Assembly (NCBI GenBank): GCA_001929475.1
Contig: LXFE01002252.1
Span: 1 to 61,905, forward strand
DNA length: 61,905 nucleotides
Origin: Neolecta irregularis DAH-3
Lineage: Eukaryota
Reading direction: 5' to 3'
Shown: positions 51,131 to 61,905 of the stretch, in pieces
How the letters are laid out: every line of letters starts with the position of its first letter
Numbering within the stretch: the stretch's first letter is position 1
The notes under the pieces: model-generated
What the model was told of the DNA's origin: nothing
Seen by the model: the letters and a program-made list of their open reading frames with translations, nothing else
Databases searched by the model: none
Translations under genes and position numbers: made by a program

Positions 51131-51950
51131 TTTATCCGGTGCATGGTCTCGATACTCAAATTACCGGCTCAAAATTGTTTGCAGAATACATCAAATGTGA
51201 TCGTGGCAGTTTACCTCTAAATTACACTTTATATTCTAATTAACCTTGATGGTGCAAGATTATGGATACATGTACTTGGTCAATCTTGTCGTGGCAGTTG
51301 ACGTGTCACGCGTGTTGAATAATTGACCGTCCAAGCAATCCACGTGTCTCACCCCATCCCCAGGATCTAACAATTACAATAAAATGAGCAAAATTAAACA
51401 AAACCATGGCAAGAAAATTACCATATTAAATAAAATAAATTACACAATTATGAAGAGATATCGTCAATTAACGATTATGAGGTAGATATCTTGCAATATT
51501 AAGATCGATTACGACAGAACGGGTTAGCCGTCCAAGGGTATGTAAATCATCGTCATAACCACTACTTGAAACCATAAACCATAAATAATTGGTATTTGTG
51601 CAAGCATACAAACCTGCCAGAACTAATATATATATCAGCGCAAATAAAGAATATTTTTTTCAAAGAGCATGAGATATGATTTCATCAACATTGCTAAATA
51701 CCGAGATGATACAATAATCAGTTGAACCAATAATAAAAATAATAATAAAAAGAAATAGCGAAATAATAAGGGAAACTAGCGTTGGAAGAAAGGAAATAGA
51801 GAAGAAAAAGAAAAAACAGATAAATTGACAATTGACAACAGAGACGAAGAAAGAGGCAGAAAAACACAAATTTATAAATGAATGCGGGAGGAAATATCCT
51901 ACACTGAATGAAAGTACGCACCACCGAGCCATCCCGTAATATATATATAT

Positions 51951-52662
51951 TCACCATCGTCTGCCTCTGCCGCGTCCTCTTCGTTTGCCTCCGCGGCTGC
52001 CCGGGCCTGATTGACGTTTTGGGGTGTTTTCGTCTTCGTCTGTGATGCAGCCGTCTGCGCAGCCGGCGGAGAGACAGCGGGCACAGGGGCGACTTCTGTC
52101 GCAGCCCTTTTTGCTCTTTTTGCAGCGGGCGCAGCGGGCAGCGAGTTTTGGAGGCGGGGGCGGCATTTCTATGGCGGGGACTGGGGCTTCGTAGAGGGAG
52201 CCTTTGTCGCTTTCTGTGAGGGGATCGCTGAGAGAGAAGGAGTCACGGTCGTCGAGGGGGAGCTTGGGGGGGCTGATTTCGCCGAGGGAGATGAGGGTGC
52301 GGGCGACATCTTCGTCTGAGATTGCACTGATGGTTGTAGGGGCAGGTGTAGGCAGGTGCTGGAGCCTGAGCGAGTGCGATCTCGGGGTGAGCGGCAGGAT
52401 CTGCGGTTAGCAATGCGTTGCGGCGTGTGCGTACGGCGCTGGAGAACTTTGCGCGCTTGCGGCGGGGTTCTTCGACGATGTTGTCGAGGGAGACTTCGGC
52501 GGTGTTGATGGCACAGCGCCGGGCGGAGCAGGAGGCGAGAGCGTCGTCGAAGGAGTCGAGGCGATCTGCAAAGCCGTGGACATACATGGCGGTGCGCTTG
52601 CGGCTGCGCTTTTTTGCGGGGAGCGGCAGATGCGGGGCGGGAGCGGGTCTGCACTGAGCCAT
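51951..52662 (-). CDS. Zn(II)2Cys6 transcription factor with C-terminal zinc cluster (2 exons)
   Basis: CARCKKSKKGCDRSRPCARCLSAGCADGC; intron GTACGC..GCTAAC..CAG near 52402-52434; EDVARTLISLG; basic RGRGR tail. Confidence 0.8.
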
Positions 52663-52754
52663 TGCGGGAGCAGCAGGCGACTGCGGGGGCGAGAGCGAGT
52701 GGATGAGGCTGCGGATATCCAGGATGGCGGTGAGTCGCGCGCAGATAGCACGGA

Positions 52755-52907
52755 TGGTGGTGGTGGTGGTGGTGTAGGTGTAGTGTCGCGTAGTGTGGTA
52801 TGGTGTAGTGTAGTGCGGTGTGGTAGGTGCAGGGCATAGTATAGATAGATAGAGCACAATATCGACACAGTATCCATAGTATCCATCGTATCCATCGTAT
52901 CCATCGT
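52755..52907. repeat. compound microsatellite: (ggt)n, (tagtg)n, (tatccatcg)x4
   Basis: Directly visible in the divergent promoter between the Zn-cluster and cyclin genes. Confidence 0.85.
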
Positions 52908-53330
52908 CTCCACACTTCCGTACTATCCGCACTATCCACAATTAGTACACCGTTGGTTCTCCTCCCGCACGTGACTACGCGTCTGCCTGCGCCCGCCGTA
53001 AACAAATACCTGCCGGGTCCTCTCTGCTCTATTCTGCTCTGCCATGCATATTGTTGTATATCAGCATATAGCCACCTAGACACCCCCGCCAGCACCACGG
53101 CCCGTGGTCATGCCCAACACGCGCACAGTGTTATTTCACATTCTGTGCCCGTTTCGGACGCCTCACAAATCCCGCCTTCTCGCATAAATACTCCAAAACA
53201 CCCTCCCTCGCCCTTCCTGTCCACCACCATCCGCCGTGTTCCTCAGCACTCACAGGGGCTGCCCGAACACAAGCCCCGCCCTCCTCCTCTGCCTCTGGCC
53301 GTCATCCCGTCTCACCACCGGCATCCAAAC

Positions 53331-54854
53331 ATGGCTTCACAAGGGGTATGCTTGCTCTCTCTTTCCCCCATGCTCCAATTGCCCAATGAGCGCCTTTGTT
53401 TACCTCCCCAACCCCCATTGCTCATCCCCCATCTTCAATTGGCCAACAAAAATATCCTCCCTGGGGCTCGGGGACTCTCCCGTCTTTGTACATCTTCCTC
53501 TCTGCCAATGTCTTTAGACTCCTCTCTTTCGGTTCTTTTATTCGCTTTTTCTCTAACATATGCAGATTGCTCTTCGACGACCTGCCCTCAGAGTCAAAGA
53601 CGAAAACCAAATTGCGAAACAACAGCCGCTAAAGATCGTTTCCACAAAATCAAAAGTGGTAAACGCTCTCAAAGGCGGTGCCAAAAGAACAGCTCTAGGT
53701 GATGTCTCCAATGCTACAAAGGTACGTATATAGCCAATTGTTTCCTCATCCATAGACTCATGCCCGCAAGGCTTCCAATAGACAACCCCTCGCCCCAAAG
53801 GCTACTCGCTCCAGAACAGCTTCAAAAGAAATCGACATGATCACTACTTCCCCAGTGAAAAAGGAAATGGACATCGATACCATAGACAAGACACACCCTC
53901 TTCCAAAATGCCCAGTCGGTCCCGAATGCCTACCTGCAGACCAGGTCGAACTTGCAGCTATTCGCCAACACTTTGTCGACGAGAAAGACGAATGGGACAC
54001 TACAATGGTGGCAGAATACTCGGACGAAATCTTTGATTATATGCACGAACTCGAGGTACCCTTGTATCGTTATCTTTTTAATACCCCAGGCAAAGATGAT
54101 GCCAACCCCTGGTTACATGTCCCAGCAAAACGAAATAGAATGGTCAATGCGGTCCATCCTCATTGACTGGTTGATCCAAGTCCATGCTCGCTTCCATCTC
54201 CTCCCAGAAACTCTCTTTCTTTGCATCAACTATATCGATCGATTTCTTTCTTCAAAGCTCGTGTCACTCCAAAAACTCCAATTGGTTGGCGCAACAGCTC
54301 TCTTTGTGGCAGCCAAATACGAAGAAATTCAATGTCCCAGTGTCCATGAAATCGTCTACATGGTAGACCATGGATATACGGCAGATGAAATTCTCAAAGC
54401 AGAGCGATTCATGGTAAACATGCTCAACTTTGAACTCGGATATCCCGGCCCCATGAGCTTTCTCCGGAGGATAAGCAAAGCTGACGATTACGACCTTGAT
54501 ACCCGAACACTCGCGAAATACGTCCTAGAAGTAACCCTTATGGACGAACGATTTGTTGGTGCATTGCCCTCATTTGCTGCAGCCGCCTCGCATTGCTTAT
54601 CGAGACGAATGCTGAGTAAAGGCGAATGGGTGCATTCCAACCATCCTCTATCTTGCTGATTCAAGACCCCTGCTCATGTTTTTTATTCTGGCTACACAGA
54701 AAGCCAGTTGTCCGCACCCATTGAAGTTCTCTTGGATTGTTTACGCTATCCAACCGACCACCACTCGGCAGTCTATGAAAAGTACAGCGATAGAAAATTC
54801 AAAAAAGCAGCTCGTTTTGTGGAAGAATGGATGCTTTCTGAAGAACACGTATAG
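53331..54854 (+). CDS. B-type cyclin, Clb3/Cig1 subtype
   Basis: D-box RTALGDVSN, MVAEYSDEIFDY, MRSILIDWL, AAKYEEI, PGPMSFLRRISKADDYD. Confidence 0.92.
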
Positions 54855-55308
54855 ATTTATTTCGGCATTGGGAACGGCATGCTTAGTGGATATCTTTTTG
54901 GTCTAGTCTTGCCCTTTTTGCCTTCTTGGGGACGACGTTTTTTATTGACGGTGCTTTATGCTTACTGCGACCTCGATGTTTTTTGAGGACGATTCTAGTT
55001 GTACATAATGTCTTTTTTTTCGTCTCGATGCATACATTCATTTGAGGCGGTTTATATTTTGATTCTAGTTTAATTTCGAAAGCCGTTCTCGTTAGAATAT
55101 TGGGCTGGAAACTCTTTGAAGCGAATTTCTTTTTGGAGCATGATTTCAATTTTTTAATCAATTTCTTCATTGTTGTCCAACTTTGTTATCCTGGGCATTC
55201 TATGTATATAATTCTCAATAACTTGTTCTTTATCGGGTTTTCCGTTTAGCCAGTCCAGCGGATTATATAGATTTGCTTGCAATTTTTCAATGTACTTAGC
55301 TTGTCAAG

Positions 55309-56812
55309 TCAGTTGTGTGCTAGAGGCAGAGGCATACCCCGCATCCTCATCAGTTGTTTCAACCGTAAAGCTTGCCTTTTCTCATCTGAAATATTCTTCA
55401 ACCTGAGAGGCCTCAACCCTGCTTTATCCAACTCTGTATAAAGCAAGCATGCGTCTCTGGACAAGAAACCTCTACAATCGTCTTTCAAGGTCTTTGTCCA
55501 AAACATTTCAGCAAGTGAAGATATATCGAGTTTTGTTGACATAATCCTTCCAAACTGATGATATGTAAACAAATCACATCGAATAGCCGTAGTAACGAAT
55601 TTCATTGTATCTTCCGAATACCCACCAAACCGTAGTCGACCATACCTCATAATCAACCTGAAATCATCCATCAAATTCGGTACTCCATCATACATCTTTC
55701 CCAAAATAATTCGAGCGAGAATTTGTATAGTATATCGATCGGGCGTAACATTGAATAGGTCGGCAAACAGACCAATGGTCGTCCAACAAGATCTATACCG
55801 CGCCTCTGTTGAATATCGTATAAGGAAAGCATTCAACGTCAACGAATCGACCAGCCTCCCTTCTTGAAAACAGCGAAATAGAAATCTCCAAGCTAATTGT
55901 TCACCCCCCTTTGATTTAATTTGTAAAAACCCCTTTATAATGATATTTATCACACTGGGGGTTAGCATGAACGATTGCAACGATCCAGTAAACTCCTCCA
56001 ATTCGAAAATCGGTCTCAATTGAAGAAATATGTTGATAATAACAGTAAGAGAAACTGAATCAAGTCCAATTTTCAACTCGTCCATTTTCTTCATAATGTC
56101 AAGTTTATGAGAATTTGAGGAGAGAGCAGTTAATAAGATTGTCCACGTAACTTGCGAAACCGTGATTTTCAATAGATTTATCTCCTGGAAAATTTCAAGC
56201 ATGCCAGGGATATCACGTTGATTTGCAAATGTAGTAATCAGGATATTCAACGTAATAGCATCTGGGATAATTTTATGAAGACGCATTAATGCATAGATTT
56301 TCCGGGTAGATTCTAAATCGACTCTTCGAAGGCCGATATGTGTTAATATCTGGTTATATCCTTTAACAGTGATCCAGGAAGGGTGTTCAATAACTAACTG
56401 CTGCAACGCAAAACTCTGTTGTTCGGTCCACGGTTTACGATGACATAACTGGTGAATCCATAAACCAATCGATTCCTTGGTTAATATCGTCGGTTTTCTA
56501 GGGAAATAATCCAACGGGTCTTGAGGTTTATCTCTTAGATTTTCATAGCGATGACGAGCAGGAGAGCGAAGTGTAACTGGTGCTTTTTCGGTTTTTGAAA
56601 GTAGTCGAAAGGTCGATTGTAAAAAATTAGAGTAGGACAGGATGGACTGATTTTTTGGTTTCCGTTTTTATGGTAGTAGTAATCTCAGGACATACAGTGC
56701 TCGCAATTATTTTGAAAGATGAAAGGAATATGCACTTTTTGAAGCCTAATAGATTTGACGATGTGGGTATTTGAATTTTCGGATGGGTGGAGTTTTCGCG
56801 GTGTCTCACCAT
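55309..56812 (-). CDS. pentatricopeptide repeat protein, probably mitochondrial; 5' end uncertain
   Basis: About 35-aa repeats: GYNQILTH, PDAITLNILITTF, VTWTILLTAL, PDRYTIQIL. Confidence 0.75.
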
Positions 56813-57257
56813 CAGAAACGGCCAGCTACAATTTCTCTTTGGATATTTAAGCAAAAAAATGATACAGATAACTTGTACTTGTTGGTGATTACCGTTGGCA
56901 CCTAATATCTATTTCCTACGAGCTCTATTGTGCTTACTATCATCATCGCTACAACCGCTAGTAGAGGCGAGGTGACTCATCGATTTCGCATGAGATGAGA
57001 GGCCAAAACAGAATCATAGAGAAGTGAAAACAGGTATAAATTCGTCAACTATTATCAGATGTAAACAATTCCTCAGCAACATGTAGACCTCTAGTCATCA
57101 TATTGCCAAGAATCTCTCCCAGAGATCATTAGATTATACAAGAACCATCAGAGACTAAACCAAGCAGTCTGGTTAATGACAAAGATATGGAAAAACAACG
57201 CAATCCTATTCCAATCTGATTCAATAAACTCAAACAATGCAAATACCATAACAACAT

Positions 57258-57887
57258 CTAGAGTGCCCAACTAGCTTCGACAGTCTCCTTGACTCTACGA
57301 ATATACTCTTGGCGGTTGTCCTTGTGAAGCTGAGCGGCTTCAGCATTTGCCGGAGAGGAATTATTTGGGTCGTTCAAAAGACTACTAGCTTAATCGTAGA
57401 GACAACGGAAAGTACCTCTGGATTGATGTGAGAATAGCGGCAACGTCATAAGTAGGACTCCATCGGTTTTGAAGTATATCAAGACACAAATCCCCTGACG
57501 CATATACGTTTGGATGGAACTGGAGATTAATAAAAAGGGTCTTTTAGGAGCATACCATTTTTGAGATAAACTTCACACCGGGAGGTTTATTTGGATACTG
57601 CCCTATTAGAGACAGCTAGTAACACAGTACCTGTTCATCAAACTGAATAACCAGCCTGAATGTCCCATCCTCAAAAGGTGTGTCCTCTGGACCAAGAATA
57701 ACAGCGTTCCTGGGGTATAAGCGGTTATAAACGTGGTGGATTACCAGGTCATTATGTTATCGGATACAGGGGATGCAGACACTCCAGCTGGAGCATCAGT
57801 TTGCATCCTCTGGAACATCAGTACGTCAAATAAGATACCCGATACCTTAAAGTCTCGCATAAGACGTCGTCGAGCAGAAGTAGACAT
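57258..57887 (-). CDS. RAD6: ubiquitin-conjugating enzyme Rad6/Ubc2 (no acidic tail)
   Basis: [59 protein letters not shown]. Confidence 0.96.
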
Positions 57888-58027
57888 TCTGGTGGTGGTG
57901 GAAAGAGCTGGCGGAAGGTCTGATGGAGCCTGACAATATAAAATGTGGCAAATATTACACAGACAACTGATGATTAAATTTACAGATATATTGAGTCAGA
58001 CAGGTTTATTTCACATGTCATTGAAGA

Positions 58028-59490
58028 ATGCTCTCCGAGCCACTCGGCAATCCTTTGGACTCAACCCAATACACGTACATGACTTTTATTTTCTGCTTGT
58101 TTGCGGTATTCCTCTTTGCTGTGATCATCCTACGGCCTCGGACCCGCAACACATCAAAGCGGGTAACGATCGTCGTGCTTGGTGACATTGGGAGATCACC
58201 ACGGATGCAGTACCATGCTCAGTCGCTTGCGAAATTGGGATTTCAAGTCGACTTTATAGGCTATTTGGGTATAATCGTTGCGGTACATGCTAAATCCAGA
58301 TTCCATGCCGTTGAAGGATATTGTGGACTGTGACCGCATCGAACTGCATGACTTGTATCGGTTGGGGATTCCAGATCGCACGATATTCATGCCTATCAAA
58401 GTTGTTTCGCAGCTTCTTTCCTTGAGTTTTCTGTTGTATAGCTTACCGAGATCCAAGTATATTCTCGTCCAGGTACGAGGTGTTGTTACCCAACTTATAC
58501 CCAGAATCCGCCAGCCTTGCCTACCTTGATAGCCGGATACGCCGCATCTCGTCTCACAAATGCTACATTTATCATTGACTGGCACAATCTCGCGTATTCT
58601 ATTCTCCGCCTCAAGCTCCCTGCTTTCCACCCGTTTGTTATTGCCTCGACATATTATGAAAGAATTCTGGGTCGGTTATGCGACATCAGCTTTTGTGTCA
58701 CGCACAAGATGAACAACTTTTTACGCCAAGAGTTTGGAATAACGTGCGTTGTCAATCTATGAGACTGATATTAGAAGCCCAATATATACGCTGCACGATC
58801 GACCGGCCAGTCAATTCTCACCGCTGTCCGTCGAACAAAAGCTAATATATCGAAAATTATTCAAAGAAACGCAAAACGTGGAGCCTGGTACTAGAATCCT
58901 TATATCAAGCACATCCTACACCCCTGACGAAGATTTTTCGATTCTTCTCGATGCTCTCAAGATTTATGATTTAAATCCAGGATGTCCAAAGGTGCTGGTC
59001 CTGATCACGGGCAAAGGTCCACTGAAAGAATACTACCGAAATCTGGTTTCTAAAATTCCGTGGCGAAAAGTACAGATTGAAATGCCATGGCTGGAAAGCG
59101 AAGACTATCCTAGAGTTTTGGCGTGCTGCGATTTAGCGGTTTGTCTGCATACTAGTTCGTCGGGGTTAGATCTTCCCATGAAGATTCTCGATTTTTTCGG
59201 AAGCGGGATTCCGGTATTAGCAGTAGGTTTCAACGCGTAAGTGTTTACAGGGTAGTATTGACAGTAGTATTGACGAGTTAATAAAGGACGGCGTGAACGG
59301 GCGGATCTTTTCCGATGCCAAGGAACTAGCGGCCCTGGTTTCTGTATGGGTGTCAGTGACCGACATTTACATGTAGGAATTAATGAGCGATGATTGCAAA
59401 TTGGTGCAGATGAGGGAGGACGTGATTTCAGGGGAGAAGAAAAGCTGGGATAAAGCCTGGACGGATATTGCTCAACCTATTTTCGAGTAA
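58028..59490 (+). CDS. ALG1: chitobiosyldiphosphodolichol beta-1,4-mannosyltransferase
   Basis: VLGDIGRSPRMQYHA, VQNPP, IIDWHN, SSTSYTPDEDF, HTSSSGLDLPMKILD. Confidence 0.96.
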
Positions 59491-59496
59491 TTAATG

Positions 59497-60543
59497 CTAA
59501 CTAACCAAAACCCACAACAAAAAGAAAATGATGAGAATCCCGAATATTTTGACCATTAGCCATCGATTAGAGGTAACCCTTGCATAATATTTAAGCAGCT
59601 CTTTCTGTGCACTAGATACATTTGTCGCGATATCATCCGTGGTAGCATCGATTCTGCATTTAGTAGATTCCCATGTGGATAATACCGCTGAACGACGTCC
59701 CGTTGTTCGCTGACCATTTGAGCTAATTGAGTGAATATGCCACCTAATTCCGCGATTGTGCTTTCGATATTCTCGATGGCACTGGCGCGCTGATCGATAT
59801 ATGTATTTTGCTGCTCGACAAGCTGCATTTGCTGGAACTGGCCGAGAGGGGGAGTCTCGATTCTCGATTCCATGGCATCGAGATCTAGCAGGTCGTTGTT
59901 TGGTCGTGGTTGCGGGGTATTTGCTCTAGACCGGTACAACGGAGAAGAATTGGCTAAAGTCAACACGGATGAAGGGTAGGATACGTTTTATTGCAGCGGC
60001 CGCATTGTCGCTGATAAACTGTTCCGTCCTGGAGCGACTTTCCTTCATATTCTAGCAGTCAACGCAGGAATGTCAAGCGGTACCTTTGTCCTGATTTCTA
60101 GAATGTCTTTAAAGCCGATACTTGTATTTGCAAGTTTACTCTGTAGCAGAACGATGACATTCTCGTGGTGTTCGGCGGTTTGTTTTCTTTTCCCTTTCAG
60201 TAACTTGCTGTTTTTGCCGAGTTCCGATATTGAAAGGTTTAGATGGGCGATGTCCTGTTTGATGATATACGTCAACTCGCTGATCTCGACCGGCCGGTCA
60301 TCAAACAGTGTTTTCCGTTTTGCCACTAAAGTTAGCGAGGTAGCAGCCAAAGGTACGCTGGGCCAATCTCTCGAGTTTCTGAACGGTGGTATTGAGGTCC
60401 TTTCCGATCTGGGAGGCGTGTTTGAAGAAGTCTGATTTTGCAGGGGGGAGCTGGATAAGTGATTCCGTGGAGAATGCATGCGAATTTGGCCTGGCGGAAG
60501 CGACGCAGGAGAGGAACTCTGCGGTGCGATTCTGGGCAGACAT
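59497..60543 (-). CDS. SED5: cis-Golgi syntaxin Sed5
   Basis: QNRTAEF, KRKTLFDDRPVEISELTYIIKQD, IESTIAELGGIFTQLAQMVSEQ, C-terminal TM. Confidence 0.96.
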
Positions 60544-60712
60544 GTGTAGTTGGGAGCGGCGCTCTCTGGTGGGCGGATCGAATTTGGGGGGGGTGAACGG
60601 CTATCACTGGAATCTACTTGGAAACGTCTAGCATTCTACAGTACAGACGAGTCTAAATATAAAGGGCCGCCTGATTGGGAGTCATCAACACCGCCCGTGC
60701 CGCTCCACCGCA

Positions 60713-61905
60713 ATGGCCCAACTGTTGACCCGTGCCGACCGCCCGCGACGGATGTCCTGGGAGTCTCAGAGCACCTTTGACGATGACGACAGGAACCACT
60801 CTGTCAGAAACGTGGTGAGAAGCGAGGCGAGAGACGAGGCTATCGGGCATCGCGACCAGAAGCACGCCCACCTGGAGAACGTGTATTCTTCCGATCTTGA
60901 ACATTACGCAGGACACCGGGATGCACCGTACGATTCGTCCGCCTTTGATCCCAAACTGCCCGAAGACAGTATTCCGCTGCGAGAGCGGGAGCGACAGCGA
61001 GGCAGCAGGCACTCCCTGGTCGCGCCGCCGCAGCGATCGCGGTTCACCTTTGTGTTTGCGCGGCCGTATTTTGTGTGGGTGCTGAGTGCGGTGCAGATTG
61101 GGATGTTTCTGGGCGAGCTGATCCGCAATCTCAGGTTGACGGGGTCGCCGATCCAGACCGCGCCGTCGTTCAATGTGCTTATTGGGCCGACCAGCTACAC
61201 GCTCATCAATCTGGGGGCGCGGTTTCCGCCGTGCATGCACACGATCCGGAGTATGTGTGCCGCGTAGCGGACTAACGGGCCAGACATTACCGACTCGCCG
61301 ACGCTGAGTTTCCCGTGTCCGAACGCGACGACGACGACGTCTGGGTGTTCGCTGTCTGAGCTGTGCGGGTTTGGCAGTTTTGCCGCGAACGCGACTCCGA
61401 ACCAATGGTGGCGGTTCATTGTGCCGATATTTCTGCACGGGGGCATCCTGCACATCCTGTTCAACCTGATGGTGCAGCTGGGGCTGGGGGCGGACATGGA
61501 GAAGGAGATTGGGATCGTGCCGTTTGGGATAATCTACTTTGCGGCGGGGATCTTTGGGTTTGTGCTCGGGGGGAACTATGCGCCGGACGGGATTGCAAGC
61601 ACGGGGTGTTCTGGGAGTCTTTTTGGGATAATAGCACTGGTAGTGCTGGTACGGCGCCTGGGGGGGGCTCTACTTACGGCAGGACCTGTTCTACTACTGG
61701 AACGAGCGGCGGAACCCGGTGCGGGAGCTGGTGGTGCTGGGGGTGCAGATTGCGATCTCGTTTGTGCTGGGGCTGCTCCCGGGGCTGGACAACTTTTCGC
61801 ACATTGGGGGGTTTCTTGCGGGGCTGCTGCTGGGGATTGCGCTGCTGCCGAGCCCGCAGAAGCAGCCGTTGTCGAAGCGGCTGTGGATCGGGGGGCGGGG
61901 GGCAG
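60713..61905 (+). CDS. rhomboid intramembrane serine protease (runs off the window end)
   Basis: NLGARFPPC, WWRFIVPIFLHGGILHILFN, catalytic GCSG and DNFSHIGG. Confidence 0.92.

Noticed and set aside
52169..53702. Long overlapping ORFs with poly-His, poly-Thr or poly-Pro runs
   Set aside because: Arise from GC-rich promoter microsatellites with mostly non-ATG starts; the real genes are the Zn-cluster factor and the cyclin
60653..61453. 266-aa minus-strand ORF and the many other antisense ORFs in the track
   Set aside because: Shadows of conserved genes on the opposite strand with no recognisable motifs

Overview
Eukaryotic fungal DNA: a very compact, gene-dense region with about 32 protein-coding loci split by very short (about 32-45 nt) spliceosomal introns. 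Gene content and intron style suggest an early-diverging ascomycete (Taphrinomycotina, Neolecta-like); this is inference. Most genes are housekeeping: DCD1, OAC1, MKT1, an Rfp1/Slx5-type SUMO-targeted RING ligase, an amino-acid permease, NUP192, MDM10, MRT4, DCP2, MRPL51, U1-70K, importin-alpha, IRC22, DUS1, UPRT, Ybp1-like, Scc3/Psc3, PFA3, a B-type cyclin, a PPR protein, RAD6, ALG1, SED5 and a rhomboid. A nuclear RNase P RNA gene, invisible to the ORF track, lies at 32316-32635. Best leads: an intronless orphan secreted protein with an internal tandem domain bracketed by hAT-like terminal repeats; two unassigned structured-RNA candidates (about 27.3-27.5 kb and 37.9-38.1 kb); a BCS1-like ATPase with one in-frame stop next to a dispersed repeat; a candidate autophagy-receptor-like membrane protein; and unusual splicing (GAG/AAG acceptors, a GC donor, a 32-nt intron, a possible exitron). 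Gene ends and introns were read by eye and are approximate. No CRISPR, rRNA or intact transposase was seen.
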